Source: Octopus sinensis
Taxonomy: Eukaryota
NCBI RefSeq assembly: GCF_006345805.1
Contig: NC_042997.1
Coordinates: 115,258,001-115,322,000, forward strand
Length of the DNA stretch: 64,000 nucleotides
Direction of reading: 5' to 3'
Position numbers and translations under genes: made by a program. Below, one piece after another: positions 49,041-62,192 of the stretch (its first letter is position 1; every line of letters starts with the position of its first letter). The notes below the pieces were generated by a model. It was not told where the DNA came from and did no database searches. It worked only from the letters and a program-made list of their open reading frames with translations.

Positions 49041-50290
49041 ATCAGGCTGAGTAAAAATTGAGCAACGTTTTGAAACATGAGATTCGTCACAATACATCTC
49101 AACAATGCGGAAATTTTATTCATCAGATTTTCATTACAATCAACACATTTTTGCCTACGAGTTACAAGTTTGTTTATTCTGGTAACATAAAAATCTGGAG
49201 TTCTGGAGTTGATGAACTCTTTGAACGCACTTTCAGCATTGCTTTGATTTTTGAACTCCTCTCGCAGGAAATCATCAAGGTGTTTGAAAAAGTGGTAGAC
49301 GGTAGGGGAAAGGTCTGGGGAATAAGCTGGGTGGGGGAGAACTTCCTTGCCAAGTTCCCTCAACTTCTGGAGCGTCATTAGTGAAACGTGTGGTCGAGCA
49401 TTGTCACGAAGAATAATTGATCCTCTTCTGTTCACCAGTCTGGGACGGAGGAGTAGCAGTTTTTCATTCACTATGGCAATATGTTTCTGCAATAATGGGT
49501 TTTGTAGGTTTAAAGATGTTATAGTGAATGAATCCAACAATACATCACCAAACAGTCACCATAACCTTCTTTTTGAAGAGCTCAGGTTTAGGGAAGGTTT
49601 TTGGTGCTTCATTTTGGTCCAACTTCTGCAAAGAACATTTTTTTTTATCATTGTACAGAATCCCTTTTTCATCACAAGTTATAATACAGTCGAGAAATGG
49701 ATCGATCTAGTTACGGAGAAGAAGCGACGAGCAAATTTCATATCTGCGCATTTTCTGATTTGTATTCAAATCGTGTGGTACCCATTTGTCGAGATTTTTT
49801 GATTTTCCGATTGCATGCAAATGCTTGCAGGCAGTTTTCTGGCCAAATTGAAGTTCTTTTGCTAGTTCTCGAGTGATTTTACATGGATCTTTCTCAATGG
49901 CGGTCTTTAATCGATTATCATCGATGGTAGATAGGCCTCCACTGCGCTCACAATCTTCAAAGCTCAGGTCTCCACTGCGAAATCGTTTAAACCATTTTTG
50001 AGCTGACCACTCACTGGTCATTTCCTCTCCAAGCGCTTCGTTGATATCGCGAGCAGTTTCAGCTGCTTTACGTCCTTTTTTGAAGTTGAATAGCAAAATT
50101 GCTCGAACATCGCGATTTGACAGTTCTATTTCAGATGATTGTAACAGTGTTAATTGATGCATTTGGGCAAATCTATGTCTGTATTATCAGACAATTGCAA
50201 AGAAAAATGTTTAAAAAAAATTCAAAACTGCAAAATATCCGGTACAAATTCTTCATGGTTCAAAAGATTGCTTACTTTTTACTCAGCCTT
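49041..50290 (-). mobile_element. Full-length (~1.25 kb) Tc1/mariner (DD34D) transposon, inactive
   Basis: Inverted termini aggctgagtaaaaattgagcaacgttttg (49044-49072) and caaaagattgcttactttttactcagcct (50261-50289), with TA next to them; transposase motifs WFKRFRSGD, WVPHDL, CDEK, DNARPH, HPAYSPDLSPT. Confidence 0.93.
49110..50162 (-). pseudogene. Mariner transposase pseudogene
   Basis: Split across ORFs 49707..50162 and 48923..49540 by stops and frameshifts; the third catalytic Asp (SPDLSPTD) reads V (SPTVYH). Confidence 0.9.
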
Positions 50291-52794
50291 ACACACACAC
50301 ACACACACACATATGAAAGAAAGAAAGAGAGTGAGAGAGAGAGAGGCGATGAATTGATCCCGGAGCTTTCTGAAAGGGTGAAAAGTACAGTTGACCTCGG
50401 TGGGATTCGAACTCAGGGCACAGAGAACTCGAACGAATACTGTTGTAATTCTGTCAATATTCCCCTTTCACAGACGCGGGCAAGCACACACACACACAGG
50501 ACATGTATGTATATATACATATATATATACTTAATCTCACATACGTACTTATATATATGTACGCACGTGTATACACACACACACACACACACACTCTGGA
50601 GCACATTGATGTATAAACGCAGGTGGTATGTCTGTTTATTACGAGTGCTAAATACGTAATGTGTGTATGTATATACAACACAAACACACACACTCAAACA
50701 TAGACACCATATGCGCACTCACAAATGTAAATCGACAATCGCGTGTGTGCGCGGGCGAGTGTGAGTTGGAGCGCGCGTGTATGTGTGATACATTCATACA
50801 TATATACGTATTTGTACATGATGTCATTCTAACAGGACGCGCCAAAAATAATATTCCAAGAGAAAATAAGTGTAGTTTTATAAATTCTCAGTGTTAAATT
50901 GATTAATGACCGTAATATTAGCCATAGATTCTAATTCCGTTAGTTTATTTTAACATTTTTTTTCAAACCGTCTGGTTAGTCTGTGTCAATTTGGTTAATT
51001 TGTTGAATAAAACAGACGCGAGTTGTCTGTCAAGGGCCTTGCTTACATCTGCTGGTGCAAACATACACAAAGCAGTCTACTTTCTTTCCATTTCTAATTA
51101 CCATTTCCATTCAAACAGGCGAAAATTGCCGAAAGTTGAAGCATCTAACATAAGAAAACCAACATGTCTGACTGTTAGCTTACATCGGCGGGTTTAGCAG
51201 CCGACATTAAATACAACTTCGGCAATAATTTGAAACAAAATTCATTTATTTCGTAGCACTTCTCACACCTCGTTTGTCCACTTTCTTAACCCAGTACATG
51301 TTTATTTATTTCCATTTGATTGTTATTGTTGATAGTTTTTGTTGTTGCTATCTACGACTTTATTTTAATGTCCTTTAAGTATTGTTTAGTTAGTTGATAC
51401 ATTATATTACGTGTTAAACGCCTGTATTATTCACCTGTTAAAACACGTGTAATTCTACATGTTTGTCTTAAAGATAAACTCTTCTAAAGATGCATCATGT
51501 TATATATATATCCAACAACATTAACTGCGCGTAATATGTGATTCTTCACCGTTTTTCTTCAACATATCCATTGTCTTCTGCTTGGAATAAGTCAGAAACT
51601 GTGTATTCTAGACTGAAATTTGTTTATCAAAAGCAATTAGATTTAATTCATTCTTTATTTCTGCGATGGACACCTGCAATAGTGGTTAATAACAACTTGG
51701 AATTATTGTATCATTCTTCGTGTGGATTTTAAAATCTGGTCTTTGCCTCTTCGTTCGTTAGTTTGTTAATAAATCATTATGCTTGGCATTTGTTTAAAAC
51801 TTAATTTCTCACTTTACCGAGTAAACATAAAGCAGTCAACGAGAGAAGGAACACAGAATATGCAGAGTTAGGATGTGAACCTAGTTTCTCACATTCCAAA
51901 TGTTGGTTATGACGACAAGGGTTTCAGTTGATCCAATTAATGGAACAGCCTGCTCATGAAATAAATGTGCAGGTGGCTGAGAACTCCAAAGACATACATA
52001 CCTATTTCTTTACTACCCACAAGGGGCTAAGCACAGAGAGGACAAACAAGGACAGACAAACGGATTAAGTCGATTATATCGACTCCAGTGCGTAACTGGT
52101 ACTTAATTTATCGACCCCGAAAGGATGAAAGGCAAAGTCGACCTTGGCGGAATTTGAACTCAGAACGTAGCGACAGACGAAATACCGCGAAGCATTTCGC
52201 CCGGCGTGCTAGCGTTTCTGCCAGCCCACCACCTTAAAGACATGCATAGCCTTAATGTTAGTTGTGGGGGAGATTCAGCATGACACAGAATGTGACAAGG
52301 TTGACTGGCCCTTTGAAATATTATACAAAAACTACTTATTTTTGCTAGTTGAGTGGACTGGAACAACGTAAAATAAAGTGCCTTGTTCAAGGACACAACG
52401 TGCTGCCGGGAATGGAACTCCTGACCTTACGATTGATTGTGAAACGCATACGCCGACCGTTAAGCCAAATTAATTTTAACGAGGGAACTCGAAGGAGATA
52501 AAACAATAAATAATAGCGTGTAGGATGTCGGGATTAAAAAAAAAACCCTTTGATGGGAAAAAAAAGTCGAAGTCGTCAGCGGCCGTCAGCTTTTCTTTCC
52601 ATAATAATCTATCATTTATAGCTTTATCCACTTCGAGTTACACCATTAAAAATATTTCACGTCAAATCTCTCGCAGTTTCTCAACACTTATAATGGAAGC
52701 ATTATTTCTTTGTTTCCAGTTACACAACAGTTGGAGCAAGCACTTCGTTGCGTAAAAGGAAGCACAAAAGAAAAGATATGTATGTGTGTGTGTG

Positions 52795-52994
<200 letters not shown>

Positions 52995-53062
52995 ATGTAC
53001 TGTTTCGTTATTGATGGGACCAATTAAAAGGTACTCTATCAAGTGAGAGATAAATATCATTT

Positions 53063-53452
53063 GTGGGGGTGCAATGACCCAGTGGTTGGGGCAGTGGACT
53101 CGCGGTCATAGGATCGCGGTTTTGATTCCCAGATCGGGTGTTGTGAGTGTTTATTGAGCGAACACACCTAAAGCTCCATGAGGCTCCGGCAGTGGGTGGT
53201 GGCAAACCCTGCTGTAGTCTTTCACCACAACTTTCTGTCACTCTTCCTCCCTGTTTCTGTTGTACCTGTATTTCAAAAGGCAACCTTGTCACACTCTGTG
53301 TCACGCTGAATATCCCCGAGAACTACATACACGTCTCTGTGGGTACACGTGTCTGTGGAGTGCTCAGCCACTTGCACGTTAATTTCACGAGTAGGCTGTT
53401 CCGTTGATCGGATCAACTGGAACTCTCGTCATCGTAACCAACGTAGTGCCAC
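53063..53452 (+). mobile_element. tRNA-derived SINE, family H1
   Basis: A-box/B-box head (tgacccagtggtt..gttttgattccc); 3' tail gtctgtggagtgctcagccacttgcacgttaatttcacgag..ggatcaactggaac shared with 62193-62508. Confidence 0.75.
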
Positions 53453-53930
53453 GAAATATCTTTTAACGCAAGCAGAATGTAAATGCGAGATACAAGTAGT
53501 TTCATGCCATTTCTTCTCATGTCCTCACCTACACACCTACTGATATATGAATCTATACACTTACTTCTTCATCCGTTCCAGATTCCATCCTCTAAAGCAG
53601 TGGTTCTGATCCAAGGTCCATATGATCTTTGGGAGTTCATATAAGATTTTATAGCTAAAGTTCATTGTGCAATGAATTGGTTCTACTGCTGCAGTGCACA
53701 AAATATTTGGATTGTTTTATACAATCCCCAGTAATATTTAATTATACTCTTTTACTTGTTTCAGTCATTTGACTGTAGCCATGCTGGAGCACCGCTTTTA
53801 GTCGAGCAAATCGACCCCAGGACTTATTCTTTGTAAGCCTAGTGCTTATTCTATCGGTCTCTTACGGGGACGTAAGCACACCAGCATCGGTTGTCAAGCG
53901 ATGCTGGGGGAACAAACACAGACACACAAG

Positions 53931-54028
53931 CATATACACACACATACATACATACATACATACATACATGCATACATACATACATACACACACACATACA
54001 TACATACATCATACATACATACATACAT

Positions 54029-54077
<49 letters not shown>

Positions 54078-54088
54078 ATATATATATA

Positions 54089-54132
<44 letters not shown>

Positions 54133-54225
54133 AGCCCGTCGTACATATGTATGTATATATATATATGTATGTATATATAATATATGTATGTATATATAAA
54201 TATATGTATGTATATATATATATGT

Positions 54226-54266
<41 letters not shown>

Positions 54267-54274
54267 TATGTATG

Positions 54275-54368
<94 letters not shown>

Positions 54369-54443
54369 TATATGTATGTATGTATATATATATGTATGTA
54401 TATATATATATATGTATGTATATATATATGTATGATATATATG

Positions 54444-54498
<55 letters not shown>

Positions 54499-54680
54499 TC
54501 ATATACACACGTATATGTATGTATATATGTCCCCATAGTTTATCCATCATGCTACTTATCTCTCTATATTTTCGTGTGTATACATACATGTACACACATT
54601 CGCACGCACGCACACACACATACACACACACACGTGTATACCTATTTATTTATCTGTGTGTGTGTGTGTGTGTGTGTGTA
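53931..54680. repeat. Compound CATA/TA/TATG/CA microsatellite
   Basis: Direct inspection. Confidence 0.95.
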
Positions 54681-55009
54681 TGTCTGTATCCAACACTTTA
54701 TAAAACTACCAACCTTATAAAACACGCAGCGACCATTGATATCTTCGAGTATGATTGTAGATTGTAGTGGTGGCGGTGTTAGTGAAGCTAACCTGATGAT
54801 GGGTGCTCTTCTTAGTAGATGTCATGTTGATGATGATGGTGATGGTGATGGTGATGCCGGTGATGATGATGATGATGACCATGATGATAACATACTGGAG
54901 AGTTACAGAGATTACCGCCGATGATGTCCTGCAATAACATCAAATATGTTACACGGTTTCATGCAATAATCCCTCTTAATCCCAGAGCAGACATGTTAAC
55001 GATGCTTAC

Positions 55010-55055
55010 ACACGCACGTACACACACACACACACGCACACACACACATACACAA

Positions 55056-55092
<37 letters not shown>

Positions 55093-55533
55093 TGTATGTA
55101 TGTGTCTGTGTGTGTGTATATATATATATATGTATATACACATATATACAGAAATGTATGTACACACACTCATATATACACATACATGCATACACGCGCA
55201 TGCACACACACACATATATATATATATACACATATACATACATACGCAGAATCATACCCACAGTCTTTAGTTCCACAATTAACTTTATACTAATCCCTCT
55301 TCACGGATTTGCAATATTAGTTTGTTATATTAATCCCATTTGGTCAAATCCGTTATGTCAACCGACCAGTAGGTGTTGTTGTTGTTGTGAATGGTTGTGG
55401 TGGTGGTGGTGGTGGTGGCTGTGGCGGTGATATTGCTGTTGTTTTTGTTGTTGCTTTTGTAGTTGTTGTTCTATCGGTAAATTTAGCAACCTGTAGTTGA
55501 AACTCGTAATTTTCATAGATTAATAATCCCTAC

Positions 55534-55582
<49 letters not shown>

Positions 55583-55710
55583 ACGCACACGCACTCACAC
55601 ACATACACAGAGGCAAACACTTACGCACACACAGGCACACACATACACACACACCTACACACACATATGCACACACAGGCACACGCACATACATAAACGG
55701 TCACACATAC

Positions 55711-55761
<51 letters not shown>

Positions 55762-55925
55762 CACATACGCTCACACCCGCACTCATACGCACACACACAT
55801 ATACGCTCACGCATGTACACACACATACCCATATATATATACCCACACACAAGCTCACGCCCGCACACATACACACACACATACGCGCTCACGCATGCAC
55901 ACATACACACACGCACTCACACATT
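55010..55925. repeat. CA/TA-rich low-complexity region
   Basis: Direct inspection. Confidence 0.9.
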
Positions 55926-56781
55926 TGTTGATAAACCGGATTATTTCTTCATATCCCTCATACCTAAACATTTTGTACGGTTGATGAACGTCAGCCGAAT
56001 ACATCGATGAGTTTCGAAAAATTCAAACACAATTATGAAGCGCTCTACACACTCCTAACACAGGTGTGTGTGTATTGAGTACTTTGTATTTTTGCACGCA
56101 AACATAAACGAACAAATAATAACATTATATACATATATTATAATATATTATAATATATTTATATGTACATATTCATAGCAGTATATTCTGCAATAAAGGT
56201 GTTTTCTCCTTGTATCCGATCCATTAATTATATAAATTGATGATTTGTAAATTAATTATTTATAAATATTATAATTCGATGAGAATTGCTGGAATTATAT
56301 TTGAAGGAGTTTTAAAGAAGACTGAAAGAATTTCGTGTGCCATTTAATAAATCTCTTTGAAGGCCGCTGGACTTACCTATTTGCAGTTTGTTTGTGCAAA
56401 GCTTTATGAAAACGAGGCTAGCGGAAACTTCTGCCTGACAAGTGAGCCATTTTAAATATTCTCTTCTATTTCTGGGTATATTACTGGACTTATATCTCTC
56501 GCGTAAGTTACTTTAAAAGCTTCTTGGATTGATTCTTGTGTATAGTTAGTCATTTTCCAAATTTGTTACAAAGTTTATTTTTGTTTTTGTCGTTCTAGTT
56601 GTTGGAAGACATTCGTAATTATGTAGTGCCTTTAAACTCCCTATAAATTTTTATGGTTTAGTCGATGGACAAATGATATGAATGACAATATGTAGATAAT
56701 TCATAATGGATTTACAAGTACAGAATGGTGCTGGCTGTGAGATTTTGTCACGAAGAAACTTGTCTTTTGAGAAACTTCTCT

Positions 56782-57199
56782 AAAGGCGGCGAGCTGGCAG
56801 AAACGTTAGAATGCCGGGCGAAACGCTTAGTGGTATTTCGTCTGCCGCTATGTTCTGAGTTCAAATTCCGCCGAGGTCGACTTTGCCTTTCATTCCTTCG
56901 GGGTCGATTAAATAAGTACCAGTTACGCACTGGAGTCGATGTAATCGACTTAATCCGTTTGTCTGTCCTTGTTTGTCCTCCCTGTGTTTAGCCACTTGTG
57001 GGCAGTAAAGAAATAGGTATTTCGTCTGTCTTTGCGTTCAAAGGTCAAATTCTGCCGAGGTCGACTTTGCCTTTTATCCTTTCGGGGTCGATAAATTAAG
57101 TACCAGTTACGCACTGGGGTCGATGTAATCGACTTAATCCCTTTGTCTGTCCTTGTTTGTCACCTCTATGTTTAGCCCCTTGTGGGCAATAAAGAAATC
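56782..57199 (+). mobile_element. tRNA-derived SINE, family B, internally duplicated
   Basis: GGCGGCGAGCTGGCAGAAACGTTAG head, GAGTTCAAATTCC B-box-like motif; TSD AGAAACTTCTCT at 56770-56781 and 57200-57211. Other copies ~8590-9195, 10905-11515, 35618-36020, 38000-38735, 45909-46115, 52000-52232, 62685-63250. Confidence 0.88.
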
Positions 57200-58002
57200 A
57201 GAAACTTCTCTTTGGAGATTTTGTATCAAAAACACAACTCGTCCCGAATGACATCAGCACTCATGAGCCATTCAATCGTCTCGAGACAAGTGAATGGAAC
57301 GGACAAAGTTATCTCCAGGTTGACGTCTTGGCCCGAATCCTTACAAAAGACTTGACTCCAGTGTGGGCATCCGAATTCCTGGTGGTGATGTTAAACAGGG
57401 TGAGGGATTAATTGTACCATTAAACAATCAGGGTCAGTCGTTCTGGTAGGTTTCCATCTACCAAATTCCACTGATAAGGCCTTGGTCGATTATGCTCTAG
57501 TGTAACTGAATTCGAACTCACGTTGTTGCGATGCGAACTTCTTAAGCATAAAGCCGTGTGATTTACTAACTATTGGCAAAAAGAGTAGCTGTGTGGAAGA
57601 TTGCTCCTCAACCACGTGGTTCCGGGTTCAATTCCACTGCAGTGTCTTAGCGGTTCGGCGAAAAAGACCGATACAATAAGGCTTAAGGAGAAATAAGTAC
57701 TGGGGAGTGTGGTGGTGGTGGTGGGGAAATCCGTTCGACTACAAATCCTCCAAGGCGGTGCTCCAACAGGGCCGCAGTCTAATGATTGAAACTAGTAAAA
57801 AATAAAAGATGAAAGATATAAATCCTAACGCACAGTCCTCGTTTTAAGACGAGAAAATTTCTCTCTTCACACTTTTCTGCGCCATTTAGAAACACAATAT
57901 ACTACCATTAACAAACAATATATTTATTTCATGCAACGATATTGAAACCCTGCTCAGAGCATTCAAGTTGGTTTTTCTTCTTTAGGATCACTAACTTTAA
58001 GT

Positions 58003-58221
58003 ATTTTAAATGTATCTCTACAGACTTCCTATAGAATTCAGAGTAAACAATGAAAGTTACGGTGCTTCCTGTACGAATACGTTTATGTAAACAGTGCGAT
58101 CGATGATAGGAAAATAGGCGATGGGTGTTGTTTACATAGGCATATTCGTATACGAAACGTTGTGACTTTCAGTGCTTGCTCTTATTTCTACTGAAAATCT
58201 GTAGAGATACACTTATAAAAT
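58003..58221. repeat. Imperfect foldback inverted repeat (~92-bp arms, ~35-nt loop)
   Basis: tgtatctctacaga..gaaagttac..gtacgaatac..tatgtaaaca pairs with tgtttacata..atattcgtatac..gtgactttc..tctgtagagataca. Confidence 0.75.
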
Positions 58222-58265
58222 GAAAACAACGCACTGCTAACACAAAAGTAGGACACAATATAGAC

Positions 58266-58665
58266 TTACTCTTTTACTCTTCTACTTGTTTCAGTCATTT
58301 GACTGCGGCCATGCCGGAGCACCGCCTTTAGTCGAGCAAATCGACCCCTGGATTTTTTCTTTGAAAGCCTAGTACTTATTCTATCGGTCTCTTTTGCCGA
58401 ACCGCTAAGTTACGGATACGTAAACACACCAGCATCGGTTGTCAAGCGATGTTGGGGGGACAAACACAGACATGCAAACATATATATGTATATACATATA
58501 TACGACGGGCTTCCTTCAGTTTCCGTCTACCAAATCCACTCACAAGGCTTTGGTCGGCCCGAGGCTATAGTAGAAGACACTTGCCCAAGGTGCCACATAG
58601 TGGGAATGTGCCCGGAACCATGTGGTTGGTAAGCAAGCTACTTACCGCACAGCCACTCCTGCGCC
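58266..58665 (-). mobile_element. Full-length tRNA-derived SINE, family A
   Basis: Head GGCGCAGGAGTGGCTGTGCGGTAAG..., CTTGGGCAAG core, internal TA/CA microsatellite, (AAAAGAGT)n tail. More than 15 copies or fragments in the window (e.g. 7862-8225, 19320-19470, 27100-27310, 41405-41580, 60870-61230). Confidence 0.88.
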
Positions 58666-58777
58666 TATAAACCTTTAATATGATTTGGTAGTAAATTATG
58701 GTTGTAAAGCGAAATCTGTTGTCCTTACCAGCAATTAAGTACCAGCTGCCAGCAATGTATTCAATATGTAAAATTGA

Positions 58778-59796
58778 GTTCTATATTTAAGAGATGAGGA
58801 ATTATTTACATTATTTACATTTGACGGATATTTCTCCTCATCTTGTTTGTTGATAACACAATGTTTCGGCTGATGTACCCTCCAGCCTTCATCACTGTAT
58901 TCCTACCATCCATACAGTGTAAAGAGAGGAATTCCTCAGTGCTTAAAACATCGAGAAAATAATATAAGTAGCGATCGTGATACCCACCACGAAGAAATGA
59001 TGAAGCTCAGAAACAATCTATTAAGCAACAACTACCCCAAAAACATACTATCCACTTCAATTATGAAGAAAAGAGAAGCTGAAACCAATAAACCGTCCAC
59101 AGTCTGTCTACCCTATGTGAAAGACATCTTCGAAAAGATACAAAAGATATGCGGCCCATATGACATCAGGACAGTATTCAAGAGTAATACAACACTTTGC
59201 AAATATCTCCTTCGAGTAAAACCACCAATAGAAGAGAATATGACCAAAGACTGCGTGTACTCCATCCCACGCAGCTGTGGTAGGTTATACAAAGGTGAGA
59301 CATGCCGCCCCTCAAAATAAGGGTAGAGGAGCATCACATAGCTGTGACATGAGGAGGTATTGATAAATCGTATATACGCGTAGCTGATCATGTATGGAAA
59401 AAATGGAGACCACCTCCCTCTGAGGGATGAATAGACAGAGAACACCACTGGAAAATACGAAAGCTAAAAGAAGCAGCACATATCTCAGGACACAACAATC
59501 TCCTAAGTAGACCGAGTGCAGATATGAACAGCATATGGGAACTGGTATTAAGGAAGGATAGGAAAATATTAGATTTATAAGCCCTTAAATTCACTTCATA
59601 ATTGCCCACGGGGATATGGCGTAGTGGTTAAGAGCGTAGGCTACTAACTCCAAGATTCCGAGTTTGATTCCAGGCAGTGATCTGAATAATCATAACATCG
59701 AAAAATACCTTAGGAATGGTATTTCCCCAAGACACCGAAACGTTGTGTTAATAATAAACAAGATGAAGACAAATATCCGTCAAATGTAAATAATGC
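58778..59796 (+). mobile_element. 5'-truncated Penelope-like element with inverted 5' pLTR, linker/GIY-YIG remnant and 3' tRNA-head pLTR
   Basis: Inverted pLTR 58778-58894; ORF remnant ...LPYVKDIFEKIQKICGPYDIRTVFKS...VYSIPRSCGRLYKGET...; tRNA head 59611-59682; flanked by ATGTAAAATTGA at 58766-58777 and 59797-59808. Confidence 0.92.
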
Positions 59797-61025
59797 ATGT
59801 AAAATTGATCGATCCAATTTTGTTACACCTCTAAACTTAGTTGCTATTTAAGCAATGTGTTCGTGGATGGTTAATGGGTTGAATGTGATACTGAGGAAGG
59901 AACGATAACTCCTGAAATGTGCATGTACACCCATCACCCGTTTTTCTATTTTTTCGATTGTATTGTTTGCATAGACGTATTCGTATACGAAACGTCGCGA
60001 CTTTCAGCGCTGACTCTAAATTCTATAGAAAATTTATAGAGATACACTTAAAAAAATGAACACAACGCACTTCTAACACCTAGAAGGATACAGTGTTGCT
60101 TTTAACATCAAGAAGGACACAGTAAAGCCTTTAATATACCTGGTAGAATATTATAGCCGCAGGCAGTCTAGTGACCGAAACGAGGAAAAGATAAAAGATT
60201 AAACCGAAAATGATAAAATCAAGTAAAAAATAAAATAAATAAAGTCCCAGGGGCAGCCTTCAATATTTTTTTCATTTAAGAGGTTGTTTTTAAACCCAAT
60301 ATTCTACGCGCTATTATTTATAGCTTTATCTCCTTTGAGTTCTCACGTTAAAAAATCTATTTCATATCTCTCGAACTTTCTAAAATTCTAAAATTTCTAG
60401 CAACTTTCAGTGACAGCAGTTCATATTTGTTACCATTTAGCTGCTGGCCGGCTAAGATTGCCTAGACCTGTACTGAAGGCATTCCGGCCGTGACCATCTT
60501 GTGTTACTAGGAGTATGTCTTGAACTACATTATCTAATATGTCAGTCCACTAAGTTCCTGTAATTCCCATTTTCTATCACAGCTTCTGGTTCGTATTAAT
60601 ACCACTTTTCTGTTATTATCGAAGTCCCATTTTCAGCTAACATATGAATACACTCTTTTGCCTACTCAGCCATGCCCACATTAATTCTCCTTTTGTGCGA
60701 CTATACTGTGCACACGCAAAATATGATTGATACTTTCCTGCAGATTCTACATTCATTGTCTCTGGTCTTTGTTCTGTAATATAGAACATGTCTTTCTCTA
60801 TTCATATTTTATGCAACCTTTTCTTCTATCCTATTCTGTTTGTCTCGCATCTGTAATAGGATTCCATTACAGTTCTACTGTTATTTCGACTTTTTAAAAG
60901 TCTGGTACTTACTCTGTTGTCTCTTTTGTCAAACCGCTAAGTCACATGGACGTAAACACACCAACACCGGTTGTCAAGCGGTGGGTAGAAGACAAATACA
61001 AACACAAAGACAGACAGACAGACAG

Positions 61026-61057
<32 letters not shown>

Positions 61058-61745
61058 CATATATACGACGGGCTTCTTTCAGTATCCGCCTACCAAATCC
61101 ATCCACAAGGCTTTGCTTGGCTCGATGCTATAATAGAAGACACTTACCCATGGTACCATGCAGTGGGACTGAGCCCAGAACCATGTGGTTACGAAACAAA
61201 CTTCTTACTACACAGCCACACCTACGCCTATACGTGCGATCTTTGTATAATTGACTCCTGCAGAGCCTGATACGGCATTAAATATTTGACTAATGTATTT
61301 TTCTGTGCTAAACCCAAATCTCCCACAAAAATTGAACCCGGTTACCTTTGGAAACAATGGGGAGAATAATTTTTTCGAAATAAAAAAAAATCGAAATATG
61401 TACTCTAATGTTCAAAGTATCGAAGTAAACTGAAGGCTCTGATAATCTTTAATGATCCGATTAGTGTGGCCTCCACCCATCATTTGTTACAGTTGATAGA
61501 GAAATGTGGATTATTGTTGCTTCGGACTAGAGACAAAAGTAAGAACTTTTATGTTGAACCAAGTTCAAATCCCTACAACCAGCTTGTCATAGATGAAAAG
61601 CAATCTACACGATTATAATCTTTGGGACCCTTAACCCCATCTTTACAATTGTGGAAAGAGCCTTTTGCTGTCCCTATCCACTTATTGTTGTGAATAAGGG
61701 TTTTCAGAAATTGTTTTTAAAACAATTTCGTGCCAGAAAATCAAT

Positions 61746-62150
61746 TATTCTTTTATTCTTTTATTCTTTTACTTGTTTCAGTCATTTGACTGCGGCCATG
61801 CTGGAGCACCACCTTTAGTCGAGCAAATCTACCCCAGAACTTATTCTTTGTAAGCCTAGTACTTATTCTATCGGTCTCTTTCACCGAACCGCTAAGTTAC
61901 GGGTGCGTAAACACACCAGCATCGCTTGTCAAGCGATGTTGGGGGACAAACACAGACACACAAGCACACACACATATATATATACATATATACGACGGGC
62001 TTTTTTCAGTTTCCGTCTACCAAATCCACTTACAAGGCTTTGGTCGGCCCGAGGCTATAGTAGAAGACACTTGCCCAAGGTGCCACGCAGTGGGACTGAA
62101 CCCAGGACCGTGTGGTTGGTAAGCAAGCCACTTACCACACAGTCACGCCC
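61746..62150 (-). mobile_element. Full-length tRNA-derived SINE, family A
   Basis: Colinear with 58266-58665, including the tail repeats. Confidence 0.88.
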
Positions 62151-62192
62151 GGGAATGATTTGTAGCTGTGTCTGTGTGTCCCTCTGAAGCGA

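Noticed and set aside
48923-50162. Active or domesticated (SETMAR-like) transposase gene
   Set aside because: In-frame stops, frameshifts and loss of the third catalytic Asp; TIRs are present and no SET domain is seen.
58050-58170. Hammerhead at GAAACGTTGTGAC within the foldback
   Set aside because: Stems I and II can be drawn, but the position requiring CUGANGA reads GGTGCTTCCT; it is explained as an inverted repeat.
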